NCBI GenBank assembly: GCA_965240325.2
Contig: OZ251225.1
Location: 3,348,001-3,412,000 of the forward strand
Reading direction: 5' to 3'
DNA length: 64,000 nucleotides
Source: Rebecca billardiae RCC1528
Lineage: Eukaryota; Protista; Haptophyta
In this document: piece after piece, positions 20,629 to 32,574 of the stretch
Layout: each line of letters begins with the position of its first letter
Position numbering within the stretch: position 1 is the first letter of the stretch
Program-made: the position numbers and the translations under genes
The notes under the pieces: generated by a model
The model's input: the letters and a program-made list of their open reading frames with translations, nothing else
The model's database searches: none
What the model was told of the DNA's origin: nothing

Positions 20629-23600
20629 TGGCGGCCGGTTGCGCGCCGGTCGTCGCAGTGCCGGGCGCTGCCTGGCCGCCCGAGGGCGCGCGCACCGCAT
20701 CAAGCACCGACTCGTTCACGAAGTACACGAGCTTCCTGCCGACCTTCTCCTTCATCACGAGCGCGCCGCGCGGCGGGCGCGACACGCAGAGCGCGGCCAG
20801 CTTGGACCGCACGTCGGCGGCGTTCATCTCGCTCGCCTTCACCTCGCCCTCGTGGCAGAAGCTGTCGTAGTGGCGCGGGTTGGCGCCGATCTCCTCGCTC
20901 ACATCGGCGGCACTCATCGCGTAGTCCTCGCTGAATGCCAAACCGTCGATCAGCACCTGCAGCACTGCGCGGAGCGCGCTCATGCCGCCCTCCTGCAGCT
21001 TGGCATCCTCCGCCTCCGCGCCCACCGCCTCGCCCGGCAGCGGCGGGCGCGTGTTGAGCTGCTGAGCGTCGAGGCCGAGCTTCTTCTGCCCGATGGGGCG
21101 GTCGACGGGCAGGTACTGGTTCGCCGCGCCGCGCGTGAGCGCGCTGGCCAGGTCGGTGTGGTGCAGATCCATCTGCCGCTTGATCTCCTCGAGGAACGTG
21201 GGGTACTGCTTGACCAGGTCGAAGGTGCGGCCGGTGGTGAGCAGCTCGACGTGATCAAAGCCGTTTGCGCGCAGCTGCGAGTGCTGCTCGCCGTTCGCGC
21301 GGCCCGCGGCCTGCACGAGGCGGCACATGCTGATGCTCTCGCCGTGCAGCAGCACGAAGTGCGATGGCACGCGCCGCTTCGAGCGGTACGAGATCCCGCG
21401 CACGAGCTGCGAGAAGCCGAAGACGAAGATCGGCCGCTTCGGGTACAGCCGGTCGATCTCGTCGAGAATCAAGCTGAAGATGCGCTTCCGCCCTTCGAAG
21501 ACGTGGAACTTGCGGTCGGAGGGGCGGTCGCCGCGCGGCTCGTCGGTGCGCCAGCAGATCACGCTGCCCGAGACGACGATGGCGATGGCGCGCGGCACCT
21601 TGCACAGCAGCCGTTGCGACTTGGTGAAGATGTTCCCCCTGGCCGTCACCGCCGAGCTCGTCGCGTCCAGAACGAGCGCGCGCTCGTGCGACGCGGCGCC
21701 GTGATAGAAATCGAGCACGGTGGGGCTGATAAAGTCGTTGGCCGGCTTGAGCTCGCCGGGCTGGAGGAAGCACGGCGCGCCGGTCGCGTCGATCGGCGGC
21801 TTGAAGCGGTCGGTGCCGACGTACTCCTCCGACGCGTCGGTGTACACGATGTCGGCACCCTCGATCTTGTCCGCGGCGCCCGTCTCCTTGTAGATCATGT
21901 AGATCGCGAGCAGCGTCGCCGTCACCTCGAGCTGCAGGATCGGGCCGAGCTCGCGGAGCTCCTCGAGCTTGCGCTCGAGCTGGATGGCCTGGCTGAACTG
22001 CCCCTCGCGGTGTGCTGCGGCGGTGCGGTAGAAGTCGTCTGCCTCGTCGAGCACCAGCGCGAACTGCAGCTTGCGCGCGGGCTGGCTGCCGCGCATCACT
22101 GCGAGGCGCGGGTCGATCGACTGGCGCTCTGCAGAGCGGATGAGCTCGATCGCCCTCTCGATCGCCGCCGGCGAGTGGTTGATGACGAGGCAGCCGCCTC
22201 TGACCAGAGTGTCGAGCACCCACTGGCGATGCCTGCCCTGCTTGAATGGGTGCTTGATCACGAACGTCTTCGCGCTGCGCGTGCCCATGTGCTCCGCCAG
22301 CTGCGGCAGCGAGCCCGGCACACGCTCGTACCGGAACTCCACCTCCGAGCCCGGCCTGACGGCCGGCTCGGGGTAGGGCACGTCGACGCCGTCGAGCAGC
22401 TCAAAGAATTTGGAGAAGAGGTCGTCGCGCCCGCTCGTGCCCGTGGTGATCACCACCGTCGCCACGCCCATCATGCGGCACAGCACGACCGTGCACACCT
22501 TGAGCGGCGTCTTGCGCGACTGGCACTTGCCGCCGCCCAGCATGCGCCGCCACGGCTCGTCGAAGTACTCGCGGTCGGAGCGGTCGAGGTGGGCCAGGCC
22601 GCTGGCGATGTTGTCATGGACGCGTCGCAGGAACGGCACGAGCTCGAAGCGCAGCGACTGGCGCAGCGGCTCGATGCTCATGATCAGCTCGAACGCGTCG
22701 CACACGACTTCGGGCGTGTCGGACCAGAACGACGGCTCGCGCTGCTCGCGCACGGGCATCGCGCCCGTGGCGGGCTGGTGGTCGCTGCGGTCGTCGGCGT
22801 CGGCGTCGGCGCCACCCTCCGCGTCGTTGTCGTCGTCGTCATCGAGGTCCTCGATCTCGTCTTCGCCCGCGTTGGGAGGGCTGGCGGGCTCCGACGGCGG
22901 CCGCCCCCCGCCGTCGCTCGCCCCGCCAAGCCGGTCACCGAAGTGCGATCTCAGCAGCGCGCCGATCGTGTTGAGGATTGCGACCGCCGCCCGGCCGTTG
23001 CCGCGCATCTCCTCCGCCTGCCTGCGCAGCTCCGGCACGAGGTTCGTGCGCAGGCTGCTGCTGAGCGGGGTGGCGGCAACGATCGCGTCCGCGGCCGCGT
23101 CCAGCAGTGCCTTCAGCTCGGCCTTGCTCAGCGGCACGCGGCTTTGCGCCTTCTCGCGCAGCCGCACCAGCGCGGGCAGAGCGCACAGCGCCGAGAGCAG
23201 GTCCGGGCTGGCACTCGGCGCGCCCGTCGCGCCGTCCGACGCGAGCGCGGCGGAATCGACGTGCGCGGCCGCGCGGACGAGGAACCGCGCAAGCTCGCCG
23301 CCGTGGCGGTCCGGTTTGTCCACGTGCTGCGCCGGATCGCGCCGGATCAAGTCGACGAGCATGTCGAGGATGGCAGGCTCAACCCCGCTCGCCTCACGGA
23401 AGCGCTCGAGAACCTCCGCCTCGCTCGGCTCCGCGCTCGGCCCCGGCGGCGGCAGCGCGGGCCCGCTCGGCTCAGCGCTCGGCCTCGGCGGCAGCGCAGC
23501 CGCGGCCGCGGCCGTAGCGGTACGCGCACTCGAGCTCGCAGCAGCGCGCTGGCTCGCGGCTTCGTCCGAGGGCGCGTTGGCTGGCTCCAGCTCGGGCAGG

Positions 23601-23731
23601 TTGAAGTTCGACGGGCTCATGGGCGATGACCGAGTTGCTTGCGTCGGCGGAGAGGTGCGAGGCGCGAGCGAGGTGGGGCGAGTGCCGACTGGACCGGAGC
23701 TGCGTGTTGCCGCTGTGTCCTCAATGGACAA
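19922..23731 (-). CDS. Superfamily-2 helicase/ATPase-like protein of the Z1-domain-associated type (1269 aa, intronless)
   Basis: Motifs GKCQSRKT (cf. GxVQSGKT), LVLDEADD, VTAT, YVGTDRF, IFVFGFSQLVRGIS and LVQAAGR in the expected order; low-complexity ends including an (AD)n run. Confidence 0.75.
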
Positions 23732-24586
23732 GGCGTGCGTCCTCGAGTCCGGTTTTCGTCAATCTACTTAGGAAATCGCTCGAATCTAGTTTGAAGAGCG
23801 GCTTCCGCGCCAATCTGGCCAATCAGCAACAGGCTTTATAGGGTTTCAACGCAGGACGTGTCGAGGGATGCCGTGTCCTTCGTAGTCCGGCTTTGCACCG
23901 ATTGGCTGGCTGGTCCGCAAGTCCCCAGATACCCTCATATTAGTCATGAATCTGAAACAAGTTCAAGTTCGTGGTGGGCTGGTCGCCCACGCCGCGGCAA
24001 CCACGTTCATCGCGGCCGAAAAGGGTGAGGGCAGGCGGGACGGGACCAGCTGCTGACAGCAGCTGACACGGCCATCTGCCATCCTGATATGCGTCTTCGC
24101 ACTCGACTGGGGCACCGCAGGTCCGTTTCGCGGTGCAGGCGGCGGCTCGTGGCTCCGTGCCACCAACTTGGACTGCTTTCTACGATCGGCGAGCGGCGCC
24201 CGTGCCGCCGCCAATCGCAAGACCTGCGCTGGCATGCATGATGTGTCCTTCTCAGAAAGCCTGTCGAGGTGTCGCTAGGCGGGTAGTACTTGTCGTCATT
24301 CAGAGCTCACGGACTGCCTCAGACTGCGTCGACTCATTGGACTGTCTGATTATGAATCCGGCGTCAGACGTCCGCGGTGTGACCGACCCGGGCGAGTCTA
24401 CTAGGCCCGGTGGCCGGTGCCCGTAAGTGCGGCTACGACCAGCGACGACGGCACTATCGTGAGACAGCCTCCGGTGGCTATGGGGGCGGCGTCCCAGATC
24501 ACGACTGCAGTACGTAGGGCAGTATGATGGGTATCGGACCATTCGGATCACACTGCTGATGATGCGAGGTCGGACCCTGGTGGCTG

Positions 24587-26842
24587 CTATGACGACACTC
24601 TCGTGGCCTGCTGCAGCGACACCCAGTCACGGCAGGCAGAGAGCAGCGCGTCAGCCAGCGCGTCGTCCTCGTACTGCCACGAGCATACGAGCGCATCGGC
24701 CTCCCAGCGCGCGCTGAATGAGCGCGCGCGCACCTCGGGCACGCCTCCCTGCGTCTCGAGGCGCACGTCGGCGTGCGGCACCGTGCGCGCGAGGTGTGCC
24801 CGCAGCGCGCGCGCGCTCGCGTCGTCGTCCTCGCGATGCGGTGCCGCTGCCTGCGCCCTGTGCGGGACACCACCGGGCCCGGCGTACGCTGGACCCGTGG
24901 GCGCACGCGGCGGCAGGTCGAGCGCGACCCTGAGCACGAGCTGGTGTTCGCCAATCCCGAGCTGAGCAGCGGCGTCAGCGACGGGGAGCAACAGCGCGCG
25001 CGCGCGCACGGTGGGGGCCGCACCAGCGCCGCCGCCTCCCGCCGCCGCGGCCGCGTGCGTGGAAGAAGAGTGCGGCAGTGCGGAGGGCTGTTGCCTGCGC
25101 TGCAGCAGCAGCACGCCCTCGACGCACGGCGCGTGCGCGTCCGGGCTCCTTCTCGGGCGCTTGCTCGCGTGCGACGGCACCATCGTGCCGCGTTCATCGC
25201 GGCCATCGCCCGCCGCCCCAGGCAGCGCCCCGGCCGCGCCCGGGGCCGTCAGCGCCGCAGCCCCGGCCGCGCCGCCCCCGCGGCAGCCCGTGGCGACGGC
25301 GCATGGCGTGGCGGGGGGCAGCACGGCCGAGAGCGAGGGCAGGCGGTGGTCTGGCGCGAGGCCGAGCGCGCTGCGCAGGAGCGCGGGGTGCACGTCCACC
25401 TCCACGTCGCGGCTCGCCGCCACCGTCACCTCCGTCCCGTTCGCCGGGCAGTAGCACGGAATGCCGAGCTCGCTCGCGACGCGCGCGCGCAGCGTCTGCA
25501 TCGTGCACCGGTCTCCGTGCACGAGGAGGGCGTTGCGCGGCTCGAGCTGGCGGAGCATGGTGAAGATGCCCTTGGCGTCGGCGTGCGCGGAGAAGGACGC
25601 CTGCCGCACCTCGCACCGCACCTCGAGCACCGTCGAGCCGCCGTCGAGATTGAGGCTGCGCCCGCCCTTGGCCAGCAGCCGGTGGCCGACCGTGCCGGGC
25701 ACGCAGTACGAGGGCAGGACGACCAGGTTGCGCGCGTCGCCCGCCCACAGGCGGAAGGTCTCGAGCGCGACGCCCGAGTCGAGCATGCCGGGCGTGGCGA
25801 ACAGCACGCACGGCCCTGGCTGCGCCGCGCGCGCGCGGTCCCACGGCTCGATGCGTCGGAAGGCGAAGGGGTTGGTCGCGCCGCCGTCCGCGCCGCCGTC
25901 CGCGCCGCCGTCCGCGCCGCTGCCGACGCCGGCCGGCCACGCCGCGCTGTCGCCCTGCAGCGCCGAGCGCACGCTCTCCGAGCCCCAGCGCGCGTACAGC
26001 TGGTAGTACAGGCTCGCGCGCTGCACCATCCCCGCCGAGAAGCAGATCGGCACCGTCAGCTGCATCCGCTCCCAGTACGCCTCGAGCAGGATCATCAGCT
26101 CCTGCGCGCGGCCGAGGGCAAACACAGGCAGCAGCACCTTGCCGCCGCGCCGCACGGCCGCGTGCACGAGCTCGAGGAACTGGCGCTCGCGCGCGAGCTT
26201 GGTGTCGCGCAGCGTGGAGCCGTACGTCGACTCTGAGATCACCAGGTCGGGGCGCAGCCCCACCGGCACGCGCGCCGCGCCGAGGTGCCGGTCCGCCGTC
26301 ATGTTGAAGTCGCCGGTGTAGAACACGCACGCCGAGCCGACGCGCGCGCTGAACATCGCGGCGCCGAGCACGTGCCCGGCGTAGTGCGCGGTGAGCGTGA
26401 GCTCGTCATCGACGCGCACCGTCTGGAGCAGGTCGACACTCACCACCTTGCGCATGCACGCGTCGATGTCCGCCGCGGTGTAGATGCCGCTCAGCCCCTT
26501 GCGCTCGACCATGATCTTGCGGTAGTCGTGCAGCAGGATCGGCGCGATCGCGCGGGTCGGGTGGGTCATGTACACGGGGCCGTCGTACCCGCAGATCTCC
26601 GTGAGCTGCGGGAGCGCGCCGCAGTGGTCCAGGTGGAAGTGGCTGATCACCACGCAGTCGAGCGTGTCGGTGAAGCGGTCGGCGCGCGAAATGTACCGGA
26701 AGTCGGGGAAGCGCCGCTCGTCGCTGTACCCGAGGTGCATGCCGCAGTCGAAGAGCACACGCTTGCCACAGAAGGTCACCAGGATGCAGCTCCGGCCAAC
26801 GTCCTGACCCGCGCCGAGGACCACCACCTGTATGCTCGCCAT
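24587..26842 (-). CDS. INTS11: Integrator subunit 11 / CPSF73-like beta-CASP endonuclease
   Basis: LGAGQDVGRSCI...DCGMHLGYSDERRFPDF, ISHFHLDHCGALP, AGHVLGAAMF, YTGDFNMTADRHLG, ESTYG, FALGRAQEL, SFSAHAD, LLVHG. Confidence 0.92.
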   Translation of the reverse strand: MASIQVVVLGAGQDVGRSCILVTFCGKRVLFDCGMHLGYSDERRFPDFRYISRADRFTDTLDCVVISHFHLDHCGALPQLTEICGYDGPVYMTHPTRAIAPILLHDYRKIMVERKGLSGIYTAADIDACMRKVVSVDLLQTVRVDDELTLTAHYAGHVLGAAMFSARVGSACVFYTGDFNMTADRHLGAARVPVGLRPDLVISESTYGSTLRDTKLARERQFLELVHAAVRRGGKVLLPVFALGRAQELMILLEAYWERMQLTVPICFSAGMVQRASLYYQLYARWGSESVRSALQGDSAAWPAGVGSGADGGADGGADGGATNPFAFRRIEPWDRARAAQPGPCVLFATPGMLDSGVALETFRLWAGDARNLVVLPSYCVPGTVGHRLLAKGGRSLNLDGGSTVLEVRCEVRQASFSAHADAKGIFTMLRQLEPRNALLVHGDRCTMQTLRARVASELGIPCYCPANGTEVTVAASRDVEVDVHPALLRSALGLAPDHRLPSLSAVLPPATPCAVATGCRGGGAAGAAALTAPGAAGALPGAAGDGRDERGTMVPSHASKRPRRSPDAHAPCVEGVLLLQRRQQPSALPHSSSTHAAAAAGGGGAGAAPTVRARALLLPVADAAAQLGIGEHQLVLRVALDLPPRAPTGPAYAGPGGVPHRAQAAAPHREDDDASARALRAHLARTVPHADVRLETQGGVPEVRARSFSARWEADALVCSWQYEDDALADALLSACRDWVSLQQATRVSS

Positions 26843-27320
26843 GCCACGCCCCTCTCACAGTCTCACCGCCGTGCAAGCCTCGCCGGGCAGTGCCGCCATC
26901 GTGCTTCGTGACTACCCGAGTGACAGTGTGACACCGTGTCGACAATCGGCTGCGGCCTGCGGGCTGCGGCCTGCGGGAGGCGCATTTCATTTGGCGGATA
27001 TTCGGCAAGCTGCTTTGGTAAAACGATCCGATCGCCGATGGTGAATCCCGCCCCGGCGCCCGATGACGTGAACTACAACGTTACCACACCGTAGTATAGT
27101 TGACCAGACGTGGCCAGGAATCGATTCCAGATACTGTTAGCCTAACCTATCCATCGCGGTTGCACCCTTGCCGGCGTCAGCGCAGAAGGGTCTGCCAGCA
27201 GATCATGTGTGTCACACGCGCGCCGCCGACTCCATCCTGCCATGGCCGCCTGCCCTAAACTGTGGCGACTGCCCGCGGGCCGCGCCCGGCGCGGGACGCA
27301 GTGGGGGCTGCCAGGCTTGC

Positions 27321-27813
27321 TCACTTCAGCTTGGAGATGATATCCTTCAGCTTGTCCCCGTTCGCGCCGCTGAACTGCTCGACCTTTGACGAGTTCTTGT
27401 AGAACTGGAAGGTGGGCATCGCCTGAATGCCGCACGCCTCTGCGGTCTCGGAGTTCTCGTCCTGTGGGGCGATCGCGCGCAGGCATTGGGCGGTGAGCCC
27501 ACACGAGTTCGAGGGGTGGGGGTAGCAATCCGCGCGCATTCGATCGTGACGTACCACGTCCACCTTGATGACGACGATGGAGCTGTCTTCCGCGGCGATA
27601 GCCTCAACCACTGGCGAGATCATCTTGCACGGGCCGCACCACCCTGCGGTGAAGTCGACGACCACCAGCTTGTCACCGGCGTCCTTGAGGACTTGGTCCT
27701 GCGCGAGCCGGACGGGGCAGCCTCAGCGCGCCGTCAGGGGGGAAACACACGACGCGCACGTACGCGCGCCGTGCGCGCACAAACTCAGCCTTTGTCTTCA
27801 CGAACTGCACCAT
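27321..27813 (-). CDS. TRX: Thioredoxin, 3 exons (27813-27781, 27698-27555, 27461-27321; 105 aa)
   Basis: WCGPC active site and AMPTFQF; GT-AG introns give an uninterrupted MVQFVKTKAEF-DQVLKDAGDKLVVVDF...KVDV-DENSETA frame. Confidence 0.93.
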
Positions 27814-27988
27814 GGTCACGCGTGGGACTGTGAGAGAGCGAAGTGCGCGCCCGGTGAGTGCCGGCGGCGGCGGGGCCGCACTGAGGCCGCTGCCCGCCGC
27901 GAGAAAAGCTGAGAGCGGCCTGGTCCGGGACTCGCTTAGGATTGTAAAGGGTCCGGACCCCTTGGTCCACCTCGTCGGCCGAGCAGCA

Positions 27989-28849
27989 ATGTCGCAGGGC
28001 GCCGACGTGGCCTCGAGCTACGTGCTCGGGGTCATCCCGCGCCAATGCATGGACCGGATGTTTGTCGGGGGCAACCTGCTGCACCCCGCGGGCTTCGACG
28101 CCCTCTTTGATGTGCCCTGCCTCAAGCTCATCGCATCCAAGGTGATCGGGTACACCATGTTTGTCGCGTCAGCCGGCGTGAAGGTTCCGCAGATCGCGCG
28201 ATTTGTCTCGTCGGGCTCGGTCAGCGGAATATCGTCGGCGTACGTGCACCTAGAGCTCACGTCGACGATATTCTCGTGCTGCTACAACACGCTCATGGGG
28301 TACCCGATCTCGACGTGGGGCGAGATGCTCAACATCTGCGTGCAAAACGGCGTCATCTTGGTCATCTACTACCACTTCACGGGCGGCCTGGGGCTGAAGG
28401 CGGCCGTGGGCGTCGGCTTCCATGTTGTCACGGCGTATTGCCTGCTCCATGACATGCTCCCTGACCTGCAGCTGCCGCACGTGGCCTGTGAGCCCGTGCT
28501 TGCTTCGCTGCCATCGGCGTGTGACGTCCTTCCGGGCAGGCAGCTCATGGCTGTCATGCCGACGCTGATCACGCTCGGGAGCCGCGTGCCGCAGATCGCG
28601 CTCAACTTCACGCAGGGGCACACGGGGCAGCTCTCCATCGCCACGTCCGCCCTGTTCTTCCTCGGGAACATCGCGCGCCTCTTCACCACGCTCACCGAGG
28701 TGAACGACCCCGTGCTGCTCGCCGGCGTGCTCGTCGGGCTGCTGCTGAACGGCACGCTCGTGTTCCAGCTCGTCGTCTTCCGTGCGGCGACAGCGCGCTA
28801 CATGCTGGAGAGTCAGGAGAGGCGCTCGAGGAAGACGAAGGCGCCCTGA
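27989..28849 (+). CDS. MPDU1: Mannose-P-dolichol utilisation defect 1 (PQ-loop) protein
   Basis: CLKLIASKVIGY...VKVPQI and GYPISTWGE; second PQ loop SRVPQIALNFTQGHTGQLS and ARLFTTLTEVND; likely start ATG at 27989. Confidence 0.88.
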   Translation: MSQGADVASSYVLGVIPRQCMDRMFVGGNLLHPAGFDALFDVPCLKLIASKVIGYTMFVASAGVKVPQIARFVSSGSVSGISSAYVHLELTSTIFSCCYNTLMGYPISTWGEMLNICVQNGVILVIYYHFTGGLGLKAAVGVGFHVVTAYCLLHDMLPDLQLPHVACEPVLASLPSACDVLPGRQLMAVMPTLITLGSRVPQIALNFTQGHTGQLSIATSALFFLGNIARLFTTLTEVNDPVLLAGVLVGLLLNGTLVFQLVVFRAATARYMLESQERRSRKTKAP

Positions 28850-30850
28850 GGCGTCGCAGCTCCACTGGCCTCACGGGGTCTTCTCGCACCGCGCTACTCC
28901 ATGGCCTCGTCGCACGGCAACCGCCTGAGCCCGCCAGCCCGCCACTGGCCTACGTCTGGCCTGTCTCGGCGGCGCTTTAATGTCACAGTGTTAACTACTG
29001 TACCTCACTGTTAAATGCTGGCATCATGCTGTCCGTCTGAAGCTCGGAGGCAGGACGAAAGTCTATACCAGGAAGTCGAGCGTCGTCGCGTTTGCGGATG
29101 GTGCCGATGATGGCACCGCGCCGCCAATCCCGTGAGCCGCAGCGCGCCGGTCTAACCGACGGCAGTGCTGTAACTATAGCTGCTGACTAGCTGTTAGTAG
29201 TGCTGACGACTAACTACTAACTAGTCAGTCGCGGACACGGCACAGACCGCGAGTCCGAGACTGTGCAGGTGGGTTGACCCGCTGTGACCAGGCGACCTGC
29301 GCGGGTCTGCGCCTGTCTCGGCGTCACTACAGTACTCGGGCTCGCGGACTCAGGTTACTAGTGACTCAGACTGTTCTAAGCTAGTCAGAAGGCTCAGAAG
29401 AGTAAAGTATACCGCCGGGATGATCGATAAGTTAGATTAGTAGCTAGGAGCTGCGGTCTGCCTGCCGTGCACCGCGGTACGCGCGGTGGCGCGCGGTATA
29501 CAGCGTATACGGCGCGGCCCGTAGGTACTAACTAGGTAGTAGGTAGCGCCGGTAGGCCGTACGAACTCGAACTTGGACCGCGTCTACAGAGAGGCTGCTT
29601 ATATGTCGGTAATCAAGACGACTGATGAGTAGAGCTAATAACTAATTGACTTTAGAACCCGACGCGGTCTCCACCGTCTAACCGTCCGCACCGAGTCCAT
29701 GGCCGTGTACGTGCGGATGATGCATGCGCTTTTTTAAAACAATTAAGCCATATTCGATCATCGATTCATCGTACTGATGAGTTATATCGAGTCATCAATT
29801 TCTTGAAATGAATCATTGCATTATTTCAATGTCGATAAAGCGCCGCCCGCATAAGGGCTTTATCGACATGCGGGCGCAACATCTACAAGTCATCATCGGA
29901 CGGCGCGGCTGGTCTCGCAGTGCCCAACGCGCTCACATCCTCCCTCTTCGGCGTCTCTCACACTATCAGACATTACTCATCATCAATACTTCGACAGACG
30001 AATCAGGACAGATGCGTCCTTCACAGTTCACTCCTCACCTCATCATGCATGCTGTGTAGATTTGACTTCAAAACCTAGCGTGAATCGGTCTGCCTCGGTC
30101 TCGGCGTCTCGAGCAGCTGAGCCACATCTTCTACGAGTCAAGGGAAGGCGGCCCTCAGTGACGACCGTAGCCGTAACGATGAAGTTGTGAGTCAGAGTGG
30201 CGGTTGTCTCGAGTTCAGAATAACCAATAGTATATATATATATGTGTAGGTATGTATGTATATATATATATTGTCGGCGCGCAACGCTGGTGATTTGAAA
30301 ACGACGAATAATTTGCTGACATCCGCTACAGGATCCTTCCGCCAGGTATCCTTCCTCGGACCAATTCTACTTTCTAGCTTACTGTATGATTCAACGACAC
30401 AGGTAGGACGGCGCAGGTCTCCTGATTCGTCGGCGGCATTGCCCGATCGTCGAAAAGTCTGCGTTTGGTGAATGGTGGCAGAGCACAGCCTGCGGGCCGA
30501 GCTCGAGAGGAGTATGTTGAGCCTGAGAGTCGTGGCCTGGTACAAGACCACTCGACCACGAGCACTCTTACGGTCGTCAACAGAGGATTATCAGGACGAT
30601 ATTCCATGGCTTATCCGCTGATTCTGTTGACGAATATTATATTTTGCGATTATTTATATTAGACCAGCACGCCTGACGGCGCCGCCAGTCAGCCAGTGAC
30701 TCTGACTCAGTGACTAAACTATATAGCTCGTCAGAGATGATAACACTAGCAGCTCAGCCGATTACCGTCTACCGATCGTCACTATAATTATCGTCATCAG
30801 TACGGCGGCCAGGCCGCGCCGCGTCAGCTGCTCGATCTGCTCTAGCTCTC

Positions 30851-30968
<118 letters not shown>

Positions 30969-31089
30969 ACTGAGTCTACATACTGCTGCCACTGCTGGCT
31001 ATTGAGGATTGGCTTTGAACCTGCGTGGCTGATATGCTACGACGTACTGCTACTATGACACTCAGTGCATGACACTAGTTCCGCTGAAG

Positions 31090-32475
31090 CTAGCGGCTCT
31101 CGTCGCGGACAAGGCAGGCGGCTCTCGTCTTGACAGAGCATCGGATCTCCGGATCACGCGCACAGGTTGAGCAAGATGAGGCAGTCGATTGCACAGCCTG
31201 CCGCACCGCGTTGTACCAGAAGGTGTAAGTAGTCGTGCGCTTCCCGCCGCTGCTGCCGCCGCTGGTGCTGACTCTGTTCGCGCTGCTCTTCTTGTCGTTG
31301 AAGATGCTGCTGCTGCTTTTGGCAGCGGCAGCGGCATTGTCAGCGGCGGTGCCAGCCAGCAGCGCGATCGTGTCGACGGAGCAGAACCGCTGGCGGCGGC
31401 TGGGTTCGTCGAAGCTGCGCGCAAACTCGCTCGCGTTATGCCAGTCTGGCAGGAGCGCCGCCTCGGCGCGCATCGACCTGTGGCGAAGCCTTTGCACCTC
31501 CTTGGAGGAGAGGCACTCGCTCGGGAGACGCGCCAAGTTGGCGGGCCCTACGCTGCCCAGGCGGGCTGCCACAGCCCCCGCGGGCACCGCCGTGATGTTG
31601 AGCCCCTCCAGGTCGCCACGTCCAACCACGAACATGAGCACGTCCAGCGCCCGCAGGTCTTGGGAAGGGTTTGCGTGGCGTGCTGACTGTCGATGCGCGC
31701 GCGCATGTGCACACGCTTGCGATGCCTGCATGTAGGCACACACCAGCTGCTCCGTGATGTCGGCTGAACCGACGTCATGCATGTTGAGCACGCGCACGGC
31801 GTCGCCACCAAAGCGAGACGCATACCACTCCGCGACCGGCGCCGTCCAGCTGCTGTTGATAGTCATCTCAGCCGTGTCACTTCGCAGCCAATCGACAAGC
31901 CGGACATACAATGGAGCCTCTGCGGCGAGGCTGCGGTGTGCGCGCCTCCAGTTCATCCTGTGCATCTCGTTGTGCCAGCTGACGAGCCACTCGTACAGCC
32001 GGCGATACACCACGATGATGTGCACGCGTCCAAACGGCTGTAGCACCGCGTCAAGAGCCCCGGCATTTGACGCTCGCCGTGGATCCGCGAGGAGTGAGAG
32101 AGCTTCGGACGAGAAGAAAACGCATTGGTGCGCCCAGGCCGCACGCGAGACCTGCTGTGTGAAGTGCGGGATGGTAGCATTTGCCGGAACCAGCGGGCTA
32201 CGCGCTATGGCAAGCCCTAGTTGCTGGTGCTCGTGGGCTGTGCCGTGGAAAATCACTCCGGGGACAGCCCTGGGGACGATGTAGCCGTCCCTGTTGAGGA
32301 TTCGGATCAGTCTGGAGGCGGGTGCCACCAGCCTCTCTTGGATTGTGCTAGACGCCGCCTTGTAAGGCCCGACGTGCAGGTACGCATCGCCGGAGCATGT
32401 AATTCGTGGAGCGAGAGCAGCGCGGGCACACAATACAGCGTGGGCACACAATACAGCAAGCATCACTGCCGCCAT
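31090..32475 (-). CDS. Secreted/membrane-anchored sulfotransferase-fold (P-loop) protein
   Basis: Hydrophobic N-terminus; YLHVGPYKAASSTIQ (5'-PSB-like HxGxxKxxxxxIQ), FSSEAL, IIVVYRRLYEWLVSWHNE (3'-PB-like). Confidence 0.7.
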   Translation of the reverse strand: MAAVMLAVLCAHAVLCARAALAPRITCSGDAYLHVGPYKAASSTIQERLVAPASRLIRILNRDGYIVPRAVPGVIFHGTAHEHQQLGLAIARSPLVPANATIPHFTQQVSRAAWAHQCVFFSSEALSLLADPRRASNAGALDAVLQPFGRVHIIVVYRRLYEWLVSWHNEMHRMNWRRAHRSLAAEAPLYVRLVDWLRSDTAEMTINSSWTAPVAEWYASRFGGDAVRVLNMHDVGSADITEQLVCAYMQASQACAHARAHRQSARHANPSQDLRALDVLMFVVGRGDLEGLNITAVPAGAVAARLGSVGPANLARLPSECLSSKEVQRLRHRSMRAEAALLPDWHNASEFARSFDEPSRRQRFCSVDTIALLAGTAADNAAAAAKSSSSIFNDKKSSANRVSTSGGSSGGKRTTTYTFWYNAVRQAVQSTASSCSTCARDPEIRCSVKTRAACLVRDESR

Positions 32476-32574
32476 GGCGCCATCGTGCCGATCGTCACAT
32501 CATTGGACATTGAACATCATGAACAGCAGCATCAAAGAAGAGTAGACCGGCCGGTCCGGGAGCCAGCGCTCAGG

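Noticed and set aside
20639-23629. 996-aa plus-strand ORF, and similar long antisense ORFs at 24773-26236, 33678-35840, 40831-42213, 49753-51120 and 55057-57423
   Set aside because: Antisense shadows of real genes caused by high GC at third codon positions.
29700-30660. Retroelement/LTR fragment or gene in the AT-richer intergenic block
   Set aside because: No paired LTR, terminal repeats or recognisable protein motifs.
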